Part shown: positions 17,119-25,257 of the stretch, one piece after another
Layout: every line of letters begins with the position of its first letter
Numbering within the stretch: the stretch's first letter is position 1
Source: a virus
Lineage: Duplodnaviria; Caudoviricetes
IMG/VR virus record: IMGVR_UViG_3300028601_000020
Reading direction: 5' to 3' (one strand)
Length of the DNA stretch: 64,000 nucleotides
Notes under the pieces: generated by a model
What the model saw: only the letters and a program-made list of their open reading frames with translations
What the model was told of the DNA's origin: nothing
Database searches by the model: none
Program-made: the position numbers and the translations under genes

Positions 17119-17296
17119 AGACGTTAAGGAGAATATAATGACAATTGAGCTGCCTAATTTAATGAAAAATTACACCGGAATTGACCGGATGAATTTCATA
17201 TATAATTCTGAACTGTTTGCAAAATACTTTGCTGACGGTTGGAAGATTCTCAGTATATTTCATGGACAGAATAAAGTAACCCTTTACAAACCTTAA
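17105..17296 (+). CDS. Hypothetical protein (tandem paralog B)
   Basis: RMNFIYNSELFAKYFADGWKIL. Confidence 0.65.
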   Translation: MPITEDVKENIMTIELPNLMKNYTGIDRMNFIYNSELFAKYFADGWKILSIFHGQNKVTLYKP

Positions 17297-17310
17297 AAAT
17301 CAGGATCAAA

Positions 17311-17772
17311 ATGGATTCGGAATTACTCAAAGCAATTGACGATTGGCTTTTCAAAAACGAAAAGAAATATGCGGAGGCCATAAAGAAAAAGAAAGCCATC
17401 ATCCCAGATCATTTCAAAAAGTACACAAAAGAACTATACCGTGGAATGGTCGTTGACGCTGACTTTTTGAAACTGGTTTCAGAAGGGAAAATGACGTTCA
17501 AGGACATTACTTCATGGTCCAAGTCTGAAAAGATGGCATTGGCTTTTATCAAAGACAAGCGATATAAAATTTCAGTCAAGTCAGGTGTGAATATTTTGAT
17601 CACAAAAAAGATTCCGCCGTCTAAAATTATTCTTGACATTCATAATCTGGTATTGTTTACTGGAGGTATAGGACTGGATGAGTTAAGCGTGGATTCTGCA
17701 TACAAGGAACAAGAGATCCTTGTTGACAAAGGAATCAAAATCACAGAAAAAGACATTACGGTTTTAAAATGA
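17311..17772 (+). CDS. Putative ADP-ribosyltransferase-fold protein
   Basis: LYRG...TSWS....A..F...EQEILV, i.e. the R-S-ExE motif order. Confidence 0.6.
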   Translation: MDSELLKAIDDWLFKNEKKYAEAIKKKKAIIPDHFKKYTKELYRGMVVDADFLKLVSEGKMTFKDITSWSKSEKMALAFIKDKRYKISVKSGVNILITKKIPPSKIILDIHNLVLFTGGIGLDELSVDSAYKEQEILVDKGIKITEKDITVLK

Positions 17773-17957
17773 ACGAAACAGAAGAGAAAAAAGTCAACAT
17801 CCCAGAAGTGTACGAATGTCCCGTAGAGTTTCAGATTATTTTTGAAAATTCTGCTGGACAAAGAATTCACGGATATATTGAAGCAACTGGATGGGATGAC
17901 ATTGAAGAAAAAATTAAGCCATGTATTCTTGTAAGCACGTTTCGGGTTGTACGCTAA
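17769..17957 (+). CDS. Hypothetical protein
   Basis: ATGA overlap with the upstream gene. Confidence 0.55.
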   Translation: MNETEEKKVNIPEVYECPVEFQIIFENSAGQRIHGYIEATGWDDIEEKIKPCILVSTFRVVR

Positions 17958-17995
17958 AAAGTAGCGGTGTAGCTCAATGGTAGAGCAAGCGAAGT

Positions 17996-18679
17996 TCATT
18001 TCAATTTCGTCTTGAACCCGCGTCTTCTAAAAGAATGACACAATCCACTCACAGAAAAACTAAGATTGTTTTGTTTAATGAATTCAGAATATGATAAGTT
18101 TGAATTAATATAAGATAAAAACAAATCAAAATAATATTTTTCTGTGAGTTTCTTTTTTTCTGATTCTCTTGGATTTTGTCGGGTACCCTTTGTTTGTTTT
18201 TTTATGTAATGATTTTTGTTTATTATTCTTCCTTTTTCACACCCATTGTCTAAATATGTCTGAAGATCGGATTTAGGAACTTTTCTTGAAATAAGAGTAT
18301 AAGGACAGTAAATCCATGTTGTGCCGTATTGAGAGTTGTTTTCGCCTTGTTGGAGAACTGACATTGATTCTGCAAAAAGTTTTCTGTGTTTTTCATAAAG
18401 GCGAGAATTCCAGTATCTTTTTCGGTTATTGCTCGTGGCATTCATCATATTAAATGCTTTAATGAGTTTCCAAAATTTGGGGGATTTTGTTGGAACCATT
18501 TTAATTAAAAGATAATGACAAAGAAAGTGTTTCCTTGCGGAAAGAGAAACGAGATTTAAGGTATCGTCGGAACCACCCAAACACCTTGGGATAATATGAT
18601 GGTTTTCGGTATAATCGTCTGTGTCTGACGATGAAGTGAGTTTGAAATAAAGTTTTGTGTATTTGTTTTTTAGAAACAT
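17996..18679 (-). CDS. HNH homing endonuclease (Mob-like, free-standing)
   Basis: NKYTKLY...YTENHHIIPRCLGGSD...NLV.LSARKHFLCHYLL.KM, plus GENNSQYGT.WI. Confidence 0.88.
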   Translation of the reverse strand: MFLKNKYTKLYFKLTSSSDTDDYTENHHIIPRCLGGSDDTLNLVSLSARKHFLCHYLLIKMVPTKSPKFWKLIKAFNMMNATSNNRKRYWNSRLYEKHRKLFAESMSVLQQGENNSQYGTTWIYCPYTLISRKVPKSDLQTYLDNGCEKGRIINKNHYIKKQTKGTRQNPRESEKKKLTEKYYFDLFLSYINSNLSYSEFIKQNNLSFSVSGLCHSFRRRGFKTKLK

Positions 18680-18718
18680 ACTGAAATTCCTTGACTGTTT
18701 AAATTAAAAGTATATACT

Positions 18719-18726
18719 TATTTATA
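18719..18726 (-). promoter_or_regulatory. T4-type late promoter for the HNH gene
   Basis: Exact TATAAATA on the minus strand, 40 nt upstream of the start codon. Confidence 0.75.
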
Positions 18727-18768
18727 TAATCAAAGAATTAACCGCTTCCAAACAAAACAGGAGCCGCC

Positions 18769-19020
18769 ATGCAGCATGTTGAAACTGAAATTCCGGTTGG
18801 GTTTGCACCTTTCGCTGTTAGTATTAAGATTGAAAGTGTTGAGGATGCAATCAAGATTTATTCACTGTTCAATTGCGCCTCTGTCACCGAAAGTTTTGAA
18901 ATTCCTGATAAAGTACATTATGATATCAGGAATCATATCTTGAGTAAATGTCCCGAAGCTGGTTATTACAAACAGTTTTTTGAAGAAGCAGTAAACAAAT
19001 TATCAGTAAAAAACAGATGA
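18769..19020 (+). CDS. Hypothetical protein (paralog of 3449..3706)
   Basis: AGGAG RBS. Confidence 0.65.
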   Translation: MQHVETEIPVGFAPFAVSIKIESVEDAIKIYSLFNCASVTESFEIPDKVHYDIRNHILSKCPEAGYYKQFFEEAVNKLSVKNR

Positions 19021-19463
19021 AAACACCAATGAAAAGTGACATTGAAATCATAATGGATCATCCGCTAGATGATGTGGTCCGTTTAATGCTAAAACATATG
19101 GAGGATTGGAAAGTATCAAGAATAAGAGGTGAATTGAAACCGCACTGGTCAGACGGAATGTATGGTAACTGGTCAACCGAAGACCCTTTATTGAAAGTGG
19201 TCTTTGTTCCCAGCGGTAAAGATTGGGTGACTTCAAGAGATACATACTCGGGTGACGTTGAAAGAGATTTAGTCAATATTTCTGAGTGTAAATTGTGTGG
19301 AGAAGCATTAGTAAATGATGAAAGATTTGCAAGCGAATTCTATAGTCATTTATTCGCAAAATGTAAAATAGCCGGAGAGTTAATGAAATCATCCAAATCA
19401 GAAGATGAATTCAGAGAGAAAGTTTCCCAAGTTATCAAATCGTCGGAGAAAAATGAGAATTAA
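19017..19463 (+). CDS. Hypothetical protein
   Basis: ORF with CKLC...H...C. Confidence 0.6.
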   Translation: MKTPMKSDIEIIMDHPLDDVVRLMLKHMEDWKVSRIRGELKPHWSDGMYGNWSTEDPLLKVVFVPSGKDWVTSRDTYSGDVERDLVNISECKLCGEALVNDERFASEFYSHLFAKCKIAGELMKSSKSEDEFREKVSQVIKSSEKNEN

Positions 19464-19962
19464 ACAAAATTGGATGTATTTTAAATATTTGATTCGCCAC
19501 AAATATTATGTTATGAAAGCGTGCTACATGCTTGGATTAGGAACGTGGGCAGGACTGAAACATGATATGAGCAAGTTTCTTCCTTCTGAATGGATTCCAT
19601 ACAAGGAATGTTTTTATGACGATACCGGAAAAAAGCGTTATCTTGAAACGGATGAATTTCTTGATGCATGGTTTCTTCATCAAAAGCGAAACAAGCACCA
19701 CTGGCAATATTGGCTTTTGGTTTTTGATAGAGGAGAAATCCGAGCAGTAAAAATGCCAGAAAGATACATGATTGAAATGGTAGCTGATTGGATAGGAGCA
19801 GGAATAGCGATTACCGGCAAGATGGAAGTTTGGGAATGGTACAAAGCAAATAGAAATAATATGACGCTTCATCCGGAAACAAGAAACGACGTTGAAACGC
19901 TTTTGCATTGGGCAAAAATAGAGCATGACAAAAAGGAGAAACATGTATTGCAAAGAAATTAA
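19453..19962 (+). CDS. DUF5662-like (HD-related, His-rich) protein
   Basis: RHK..V, HDMSKF.PSEW.PY, AW..HQKRNKHHWQYW, MP..Y..EMVADW.GAG. Confidence 0.75.
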   Translation: MRIKQNWMYFKYLIRHKYYVMKACYMLGLGTWAGLKHDMSKFLPSEWIPYKECFYDDTGKKRYLETDEFLDAWFLHQKRNKHHWQYWLLVFDRGEIRAVKMPERYMIEMVADWIGAGIAITGKMEVWEWYKANRNNMTLHPETRNDVETLLHWAKIEHDKKEKHVLQRN

Positions 19963-20134
19963 AGACGTAAAAACTGAGGCACTTCACGACATGGACCTTC
20001 ATCATTCGTTTAAATGTCGTGATGGAGAGATTATCAAAGTAAAAGATGGATGGTTGTATATCTTTAATCGTATTGCAAACAATGGAACGATTGTTTATCT
20101 TGCACCCGTATTTGTACCTTGGAGCAAACAATGA
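19943..20134 (+). CDS. Hypothetical protein
   Basis: AAGGAG RBS; I.KV.DGWLY...VFVP motif. Confidence 0.6.
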   Translation: MYCKEIKDVKTEALHDMDLHHSFKCRDGEIIKVKDGWLYIFNRIANNGTIVYLAPVFVPWSKQ

Positions 20135-20601
20135 GACACAAAAGCGAATTAGCATTAAAAGTTGACCACGCAATTATTCGGGAATTGATGGATTCTGATC
20201 CTGAATTTACGGTTGAAGTCAAAAAAGGAATCATCAAGTCTGCATTGAAACACACGTTGGTAAGAGTGTTTGATGTTATGACAAAAGAAGAACTGAACGA
20301 TGCCGTAAAGCACGAAATCGGCGAACTGGTATATGGTTTTCGTGAAACTCCTTCAACCATCAGGTTTAATCCTTTGTATGCTAAAGCAATCAATAATACC
20401 GTATTGCTTTATATTGAAAAGACAAAGGATGAAATAGCCAAGAATATGACCGACATGCTTGAAGAGAGTGAATTGTCAAAGAAAATTGAAAAAAAGATTG
20501 AAGAGTATATTAATCAGAAAATTGATGAAAAAATTGATGAACTGACCACAAATATTCTTCAAAAGAAAATCAATAAATTTTTTGCTGAACTGTCTAATTA
20601 A
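20131..20601 (+). CDS. Hypothetical protein (C-terminal coiled coil)
   Basis: GGAG RBS; ATGA overlap. Confidence 0.6.
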   Translation: MRHKSELALKVDHAIIRELMDSDPEFTVEVKKGIIKSALKHTLVRVFDVMTKEELNDAVKHEIGELVYGFRETPSTIRFNPLYAKAINNTVLLYIEKTKDEIAKNMTDMLEESELSKKIEKKIEEYINQKIDEKIDELTTNILQKKINKFFAELSN

Positions 20602-20613
20602 AGGAGAACAACA

Positions 20614-20979
20614 ATGAACACTGAAAACACAGAATTCAACGAAAACGAAGAAATCCAGAAAATGATGCCGAAGTCTGGAAAGATTTATGATTTTGAATTC
20701 GGTCCAAAAAAACGCATGCCAGACGAAACTTTTCAAAAATACAAACTTCGCCGAAAGGTTGAGGCGTATATTCTAAATATGCGACTTGTACAGGGAATAA
20801 ATACATGGGACGCTTCTAAGCATGGAGGCTTCACCGATCCCGGGAAGAAACAGCGCAAGACGTTCAATAAAGTAAAAAAGATGTTCCTCAAGCGAAAGAT
20901 GAAGGAATACAAACAGAATAATTATGGAGCCAAGATGCCGCTTGAAGTCATTGAAGATATCAAAACTTCTTGGTCCTAA
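20614..20979 (+). CDS. Hypothetical basic protein
   Basis: AAGGAG RBS; R...E.F..YK.RRK motif. Confidence 0.65.
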   Translation: MNTENTEFNENEEIQKMMPKSGKIYDFEFGPKKRMPDETFQKYKLRRKVEAYILNMRLVQGINTWDASKHGGFTDPGKKQRKTFNKVKKMFLKRKMKEYKQNNYGAKMPLEVIEDIKTSWS

Positions 20980-21083
20980 AACAAACGAGGATTGTCTGTG
21001 TTCAAAATTTATCACGAAACGTAGTTGTGTATACGTTTATATAAAAAATTACAATACAGGCTAATCCTAGCGATCCTGAGACG

Positions 21084-21121
21084 AAAGACACAAAGAACAA
21101 TGTTCTCTGTGTCTTTTTTTG
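21084..21121 (+). terminator. Rho-independent terminator
   Basis: AAGACACA-A-AGAAC / GTTCT-C-TGTGTCTT hairpin followed by a T-run. Confidence 0.75.
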
Positions 21122-21138
21122 TTTACATGTTTCAAAAG

Positions 21139-21146
21139 AATAAATA
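21139..21146 (+). promoter_or_regulatory. Putative late promoter upstream of the holin cassette
   Basis: AATAAATA (1 mismatch to TATAAATA) just after the terminator. Confidence 0.45.
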
Positions 21147-21168
21147 ATATATAAGGAATAAAAAGAAA

Positions 21169-21396
21169 ATGGATAAATTTATTGATATCATTAATAATGA
21201 ATCGGCCAGTTTTGATGAAATTGAATCTGCGATTACCATTCTAACCATGAGACGGGAAAACTTTGATTGGCAAGAACAAACATATAAGGCAAAATCTGAA
21301 GCAGCGTTAAATAATAAAAATTTTGTCACTGGAATTCTGAAATTATTGTATCTAAAAAAACAGAAATTAAAACCAAATGAGACAAAAAAGGAATGA
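21169..21396 (+). CDS. Hypothetical protein
   Basis: AAGGA RBS; ATGA overlap with the holin. Confidence 0.55.
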   Translation: MDKFIDIINNESASFDEIESAITILTMRRENFDWQEQTYKAKSEAALNNKNFVTGILKLLYLKKQKLKPNETKKE

Positions 21397-21743
21397 ATTT
21401 TTTCGGAGAAAATTTCACTTATATAATTACCGCCGTTGGTGTTGCTATGGTCGGTGGCGTTGCAAACTGGCTTATGAGTGAAGATCATACAATATTTCAA
21501 TTTGTTGTTGCCGTCTTTTTAGCTGGTTTCGCTGGATTCCTTGTAGGTGAATTGTGTATTGAAGCCAAGATTTCAGAATCATGGGCATTCTTCTTTTGTG
21601 GAACTGCTGGTCTTTCAGCGGAAGTTGTTTTAAAACTCTTGAGAAAATACGGACTGAAGAAATTGAGCAAATTGACCGGCGAAGAACTTACAGATTTTAT
21701 TCAACCGCTTAAAAAAGACAAAAAAGGAAACGAAGAGGAATAA
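21393..21743 (+). CDS. Putative holin (LydA / lambda-like, 3 TM)
   Basis: Three Gly/Ala-rich TM segments (GGVANWL; FLAGFAGFLVG; GTAGLSAEVVL) and a charged C-tail. Confidence 0.7.
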   Translation: MNFFGENFTYIITAVGVAMVGGVANWLMSEDHTIFQFVVAVFLAGFAGFLVGELCIEAKISESWAFFFCGTAGLSAEVVLKLLRKYGLKKLSKLTGEELTDFIQPLKKDKKGNEEE

Positions 21744-21746
21744 ATT

Positions 21747-22580
21747 ATGTATAGTGCAAGGATAGGAGAATATATTCTTAATTTTTTTACTCATTCTTCA
21801 ATTACTCCGATTCAAATGATAGGAGTAATTGAAATACTTATTGGTCTTTTTGGATTATATATTGCTCATTTGTTCAGAAGGAGCGTTATGTTCCGATTTA
21901 AATTGGCTATGGTTTATACTTTACCAATTATTGCAGGAATAATGTCAATGACTGATTTATCTGATATTCATTTTTACAAACATTTATTAATCTTGACTTA
22001 CATGTTATTCATTACTATACTTTATTGGCGTGAAGTTAAATCTTTGACCACAACAGAAGGTTATCACAAAAATTCACTTGCGAATTATCTTGACGATGTT
22101 CCTGATTTAATTTGGGTCAAGGACGCGGATATGAGATATACATATTGTAACAAAGCAGTTTTGAAAACTTTTGGTTTTTGTAAAAATGAAATATTAGGAA
22201 GAACGGATATTGAACTGGGCATAATCAAGAAAAGAAACAATGAACGATATGATTTTGATTTAATTTGTGATAAATCAGATCACGAAGTATTATTGTCCCA
22301 GAAAGCACAAAAAACAATTGAATCTGGATACATCAGAGATAATTTTTATTCATTTCAAGTTTATAAAGCTCCAATTCTGATTGAAAGATTAGATCCTCAT
22401 GATCCGTCAAAGAAACATATTGGATACATTGGAATTGCGCGGGATTTGACTTATGATGTTATTGATCATAAAGAGATTGAAGAAATGTTTGTGAATGACG
22501 AAATTGATAAGGCAATTAATCTGTTTTGTTTACACACAAAACGATATAAAAACATTGAATTAAAAGACAAGGAAAAATAA
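21747..22580 (+). CDS. Membrane-anchored PAS-domain protein without an output domain
   Basis: About 3 N-terminal TM helices, then LDDVPDLIWVKD.DMRYTYCNKA...FG....EILGRTD.EL...D.EVL...VYKAPI...IGYIGIARDLT (PAS_4/PAC signature). Confidence 0.82.
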   Translation: MYSARIGEYILNFFTHSSITPIQMIGVIEILIGLFGLYIAHLFRRSVMFRFKLAMVYTLPIIAGIMSMTDLSDIHFYKHLLILTYMLFITILYWREVKSLTTTEGYHKNSLANYLDDVPDLIWVKDADMRYTYCNKAVLKTFGFCKNEILGRTDIELGIIKKRNNERYDFDLICDKSDHEVLLSQKAQKTIESGYIRDNFYSFQVYKAPILIERLDPHDPSKKHIGYIGIARDLTYDVIDHKEIEEMFVNDEIDKAINLFCLHTKRYKNIELKDKEK

Positions 22581-22610
22581 ATTTCAATCAAAACTTCAAG
22601 AGGTGTAATA

Positions 22611-23315
22611 TTGAAGAATCTGATAATCCCTTTCATTGTTTCTTTTTTTGTATTTGCTCCAGCAGAATGTTTTACCAGTTCAACCGACCAATCCTATTTC
22701 AAATACAAATACAACAAAAAAACAGCAAAAGAAAGGATCATAAAAAATTACAAGGATTCTTTTTTTGTCAAGAAACCAAAGAAGATTCAAACAGAAAAAC
22801 CAGTCAAAACCAAAAAAGATGAAAGCGGCTCGCTTTTCGCCGAATTCAAAAATTTACGAAAACAATTATTAGGAGATTCAGAAGTGGAAAAAGTTCTCAA
22901 TATAACAAATTCAGACAGACATTGGCTTGCGTTAAATATTTTTCACGAAGCTAGAGGTGAAAATCTTCACGGTAAAATGGCCGTTGCTTTTGTGACTTTA
23001 AATAGAGTTGTTCACAGAGCATGGCCAGATACTATCAAAGATGTTGTTACACAGCCTTATCAATTTTCGTGGTATAATTCAAAGAAAGTACCTCCTATCA
23101 CCGCTGCCCAACAAAAATCATGGGAAGAATGTAAAAGAGTTGCAGACCTTTCAATTGAGTTGTATAATTCTATGGCAGAATCAGAAGAATTTGTAGTTGA
23201 CGGTTTAACACGCGGAGCAGACCATTATTTTGCAGATTACATCAAACCACCTAAGTGGGCTGCAAAAATGGCATATCAAGCAAAAGTGGGTCGGCATTTG
23301 TTTTACAAGATGTAA
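22611..23315 (+). CDS. SleB-like cell wall hydrolase (Hydrolase_2) with signal peptide
   Basis: LALNIFHEARGE...GKMAVA.VTLNRV...WP.TIKDVV.Q..QFSW...GADHYFADYI.PPKWA...VG.HLFYK. Confidence 0.9.
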   Translation: MKNLIIPFIVSFFVFAPAECFTSSTDQSYFKYKYNKKTAKERIIKNYKDSFFVKKPKKIQTEKPVKTKKDESGSLFAEFKNLRKQLLGDSEVEKVLNITNSDRHWLALNIFHEARGENLHGKMAVAFVTLNRVVHRAWPDTIKDVVTQPYQFSWYNSKKVPPITAAQQKSWEECKRVADLSIELYNSMAESEEFVVDGLTRGADHYFADYIKPPKWAAKMAYQAKVGRHLFYKM

Positions 23316-23340
23316 ATCATGAAAAGAGAAAGGAGAAACT

Positions 23341-23565
23341 ATGATTGTCAGAAAAGAGGAATTTTGTACATGGGTTGAACGACACAAGATCAAAACAAAC
23401 CAAAATTATATTGATTCAGTGTTGGATGCTTGTGACAGATTCAAGATTCAAGAGGATTTCGTTCCTAGTCTTTTGAATGACAAGATCATTCAAAACATTC
23501 AAGCAGAAGCCAAAGAGCTAAACTACCTTCCTAATAATGAATATAATATGAAAGAATTCCTATGA
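23341..23565 (+). CDS. gp33: Late transcription co-activator gp33
   Basis: F...VE......YIDSVL..C....I..D....L...I...I..EA.ELNYL; gp33-gp59-gp32 synteny. Confidence 0.8.
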   Translation: MIVRKEEFCTWVERHKIKTNQNYIDSVLDACDRFKIQEDFVPSLLNDKIIQNIQAEAKELNYLPNNEYNMKEFL

Positions 23566-24194
23566 AAATTGGTGTTTTTAAGACGTATGAATTATTTTGT
23601 GCGATGAAATTACATTGGAACACAAAACATTATAATTTTGTTGAATACAAAGGGAAAACTAAATTAACAAGAGTTTCACTTGATACATCTTCTGAAAAAA
23701 GTTTTTATTATCATCTAAACGAGAAATATAAAACATCTGAAGAATTGATAGGTTATCTGATTCCTTGTTTTTTAGAAAACCCGAAAGTCAATGTGCGTGA
23801 TTTGTGTAATGAACGATATAAAAACGCCGCAGAAAAATGGTTAAATAAGATCAAATCACTGAAGTCTGTTTTCAAAGATGATGTTTTTCATATTGCTTTA
23901 TTCATAAAACAGAATAAAATTGATTCGGATTATTTCTTTTGTTCTGATATGATTTATAAAGCACTAATTAATGACAGCATTCAAATTGAGACTTTTATTA
24001 TTTTGAATTTTATTTTAAAATTTCTTGACAAACACGCCGTAGATGATATAATATACAAGTATGAGTATGAATTGAAGGTGAATAAATATAAGGCCTTCAT
24101 TTCAGTAAATCTTGAGGTTTACAAAAACATTTTAATCAATTCAATAGCCGAGGCTAAGGAGGAAGGTTATGTGATATCAAAAATTTCTGTGTAG
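23562..24194 (+). CDS. gp59: Helicase loader gp59
   Basis: Y..F.AMKLHW....YNF..Y.GK; I.IETFIILN; synteny. Confidence 0.8.
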   Translation: MKIGVFKTYELFCAMKLHWNTKHYNFVEYKGKTKLTRVSLDTSSEKSFYYHLNEKYKTSEELIGYLIPCFLENPKVNVRDLCNERYKNAAEKWLNKIKSLKSVFKDDVFHIALFIKQNKIDSDYFFCSDMIYKALINDSIQIETFIILNFILKFLDKHAVDDIIYKYEYELKVNKYKAFISVNLEVYKNILINSIAEAKEEGYVISKISV

Positions 24195-24236
24195 GTAACA
24201 CAGAATACTTTCAACTGCTTTCAACTGCTTTCAACT
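24185..24236 (+). repeat. Hairpin plus 10-nt tandem repeat (CTTTCAACTG x3) in the gene 32 leader; likely autoregulatory operator
   Basis: TTCTGTGT-aggta-ACACAGAA, then repeats at 24208, 24218 and 24228. Confidence 0.6.
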
Positions 24237-24268
24237 TTTTAAACAATTTTCAAAGGACACGCAACTGT

Positions 24269-25192
24269 ATGGATTTTAGCAAAATAAACGCAAACGAAAA
24301 GTCCCTCAATGCCCTTCTTGGTGCATTCGGTAAAACCAGATTTGCAAAATCTGATTTCGGTGATGAAACTGAATGGAAACTCCAGAAAGACAAAGCTGGA
24401 AATGGGTCAGCAAAGCTCCGTTTTCTTCCTTCTCCCACTGGTGAGTATTTTGTAGAAACACGGGATCATGGATTCAAGATCAAGGATGCATGGTATATTG
24501 AACGCTGTCCAAAGACTCTTGATTGGGAAAATCCTTGTCCTGCTTGTGAATATGCAGACGCTTTAAAGAAGGGGCGTGAATGGGACCATATTCCTGAGTC
24601 TGAACAAGCAGGAATTCGTCCAATCTTTGGTAAAACTTCGTATTGGGCAAATGTTCTTGTAGAAAAGGATCCTGAGAATCCCGAGAATGAAGGAAAGATT
24701 TTCAAGTACCGATTTGGGAAGAAAATTCTGGAGAAGATTTATAATCGGGCAATTGACGATCCTATTGACGGAACGAAAGGAATCAATGTGTTTGATCCTG
24801 TTGAAGGAGCCTCGTTCACTCTTCGTTGCAAGAAAGTGAAAGGATTCTTTAATTATGACGATTCTTCTTTTGGTCCGCCTGAGTCTCTTCTTGGAGGGGA
24901 TGCCGACAAAATTGATGAACTGATCAAGAGCGGACAGAATATCAATGAAGAACGAGGAGAAAAGAAATTTTCTTCTTATGAGGATGCGAACAAAAAACTG
25001 AAACGTCTTATTGGTGGGAAAAACGTTGTTATTCCAGATGCTCCGCCGGTGAAAGAGAATCATATTGACAAAGAAGAAAAACAGTATGATTCTTCAGAAG
25101 GAGTTGATCTTCCAGAAGGGAATGAGGATGATGACGCTTTTAACTACTTCAAGCAACTGGCTGATACAGGAAACGATGATGTGCCATTCTGA
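24269..25192 (+). CDS. gp32: Single-stranded DNA-binding protein gp32
   Basis: WKL..DKAGNGSA.LRFLP, HGFK...WYIE.C..T.....CP.C, Y.ANVLV.KDP.NPENEGKIFKYRFGKKI and an acidic tail. Confidence 0.95.
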   Translation: MDFSKINANEKSLNALLGAFGKTRFAKSDFGDETEWKLQKDKAGNGSAKLRFLPSPTGEYFVETRDHGFKIKDAWYIERCPKTLDWENPCPACEYADALKKGREWDHIPESEQAGIRPIFGKTSYWANVLVEKDPENPENEGKIFKYRFGKKILEKIYNRAIDDPIDGTKGINVFDPVEGASFTLRCKKVKGFFNYDDSSFGPPESLLGGDADKIDELIKSGQNINEERGEKKFSSYEDANKKLKRLIGGKNVVIPDAPPVKENHIDKEEKQYDSSEGVDLPEGNEDDDAFNYFKQLADTGNDDVPF

Positions 25193-25222
25193 TTGTTGAA
25201 ATCTGAACAGTCCAAGTAAAAC

Positions 25223-25257
25223 AAAAGAGGCGGAACAATAAGTTCCGCCTCTTTTTT
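25223..25257. terminator. Bidirectional rho-independent terminator
   Basis: AAAAGAGGCGGAAC-aataa-GTTCCGCCTCTTTT between convergent genes. Confidence 0.88.

Larger units (their letters stand above)
17963..18750 (+). pseudogene. Disrupted tRNA gene: 5' part at 17963-~17999 and 3' acceptor end at 18741-18750, flanking the HNH gene
   Basis: AGCGGTG-TA-GCTC-AATGGTA-GAGC is an acceptor 5' strand plus a canonical D arm. ACCGCT-T-CCA, about 740 nt later, is complementary to AGCGGT. No T arm is visible; identity is uncertain (TTCAT follows, but its spacing is non-canonical). Confidence 0.65.

Noticed and set aside
18008-18026. GACGCGGGTTCAAG on the minus strand, resembling a tRNA T arm
   Set aside because: Wrong strand relative to the tRNA 5' part, cannot form the T stem, and encodes the HNH C-terminus (RRGFK); probably chance.
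17963-18750. Intact tRNA-Met(CAT) with a group I intron
   Set aside because: No T arm in the putative 3' exon, non-canonical spacing before TTCAT, the insert is almost entirely antisense ORF, and no group I core is recognisable.
24208-24236. CTTTCAACTG repeats as a mini-CRISPR or replication iterons
   Set aside because: Direct 10-nt tandem units without spacers; the position in the gene 32 leader is better explained as a translational operator.
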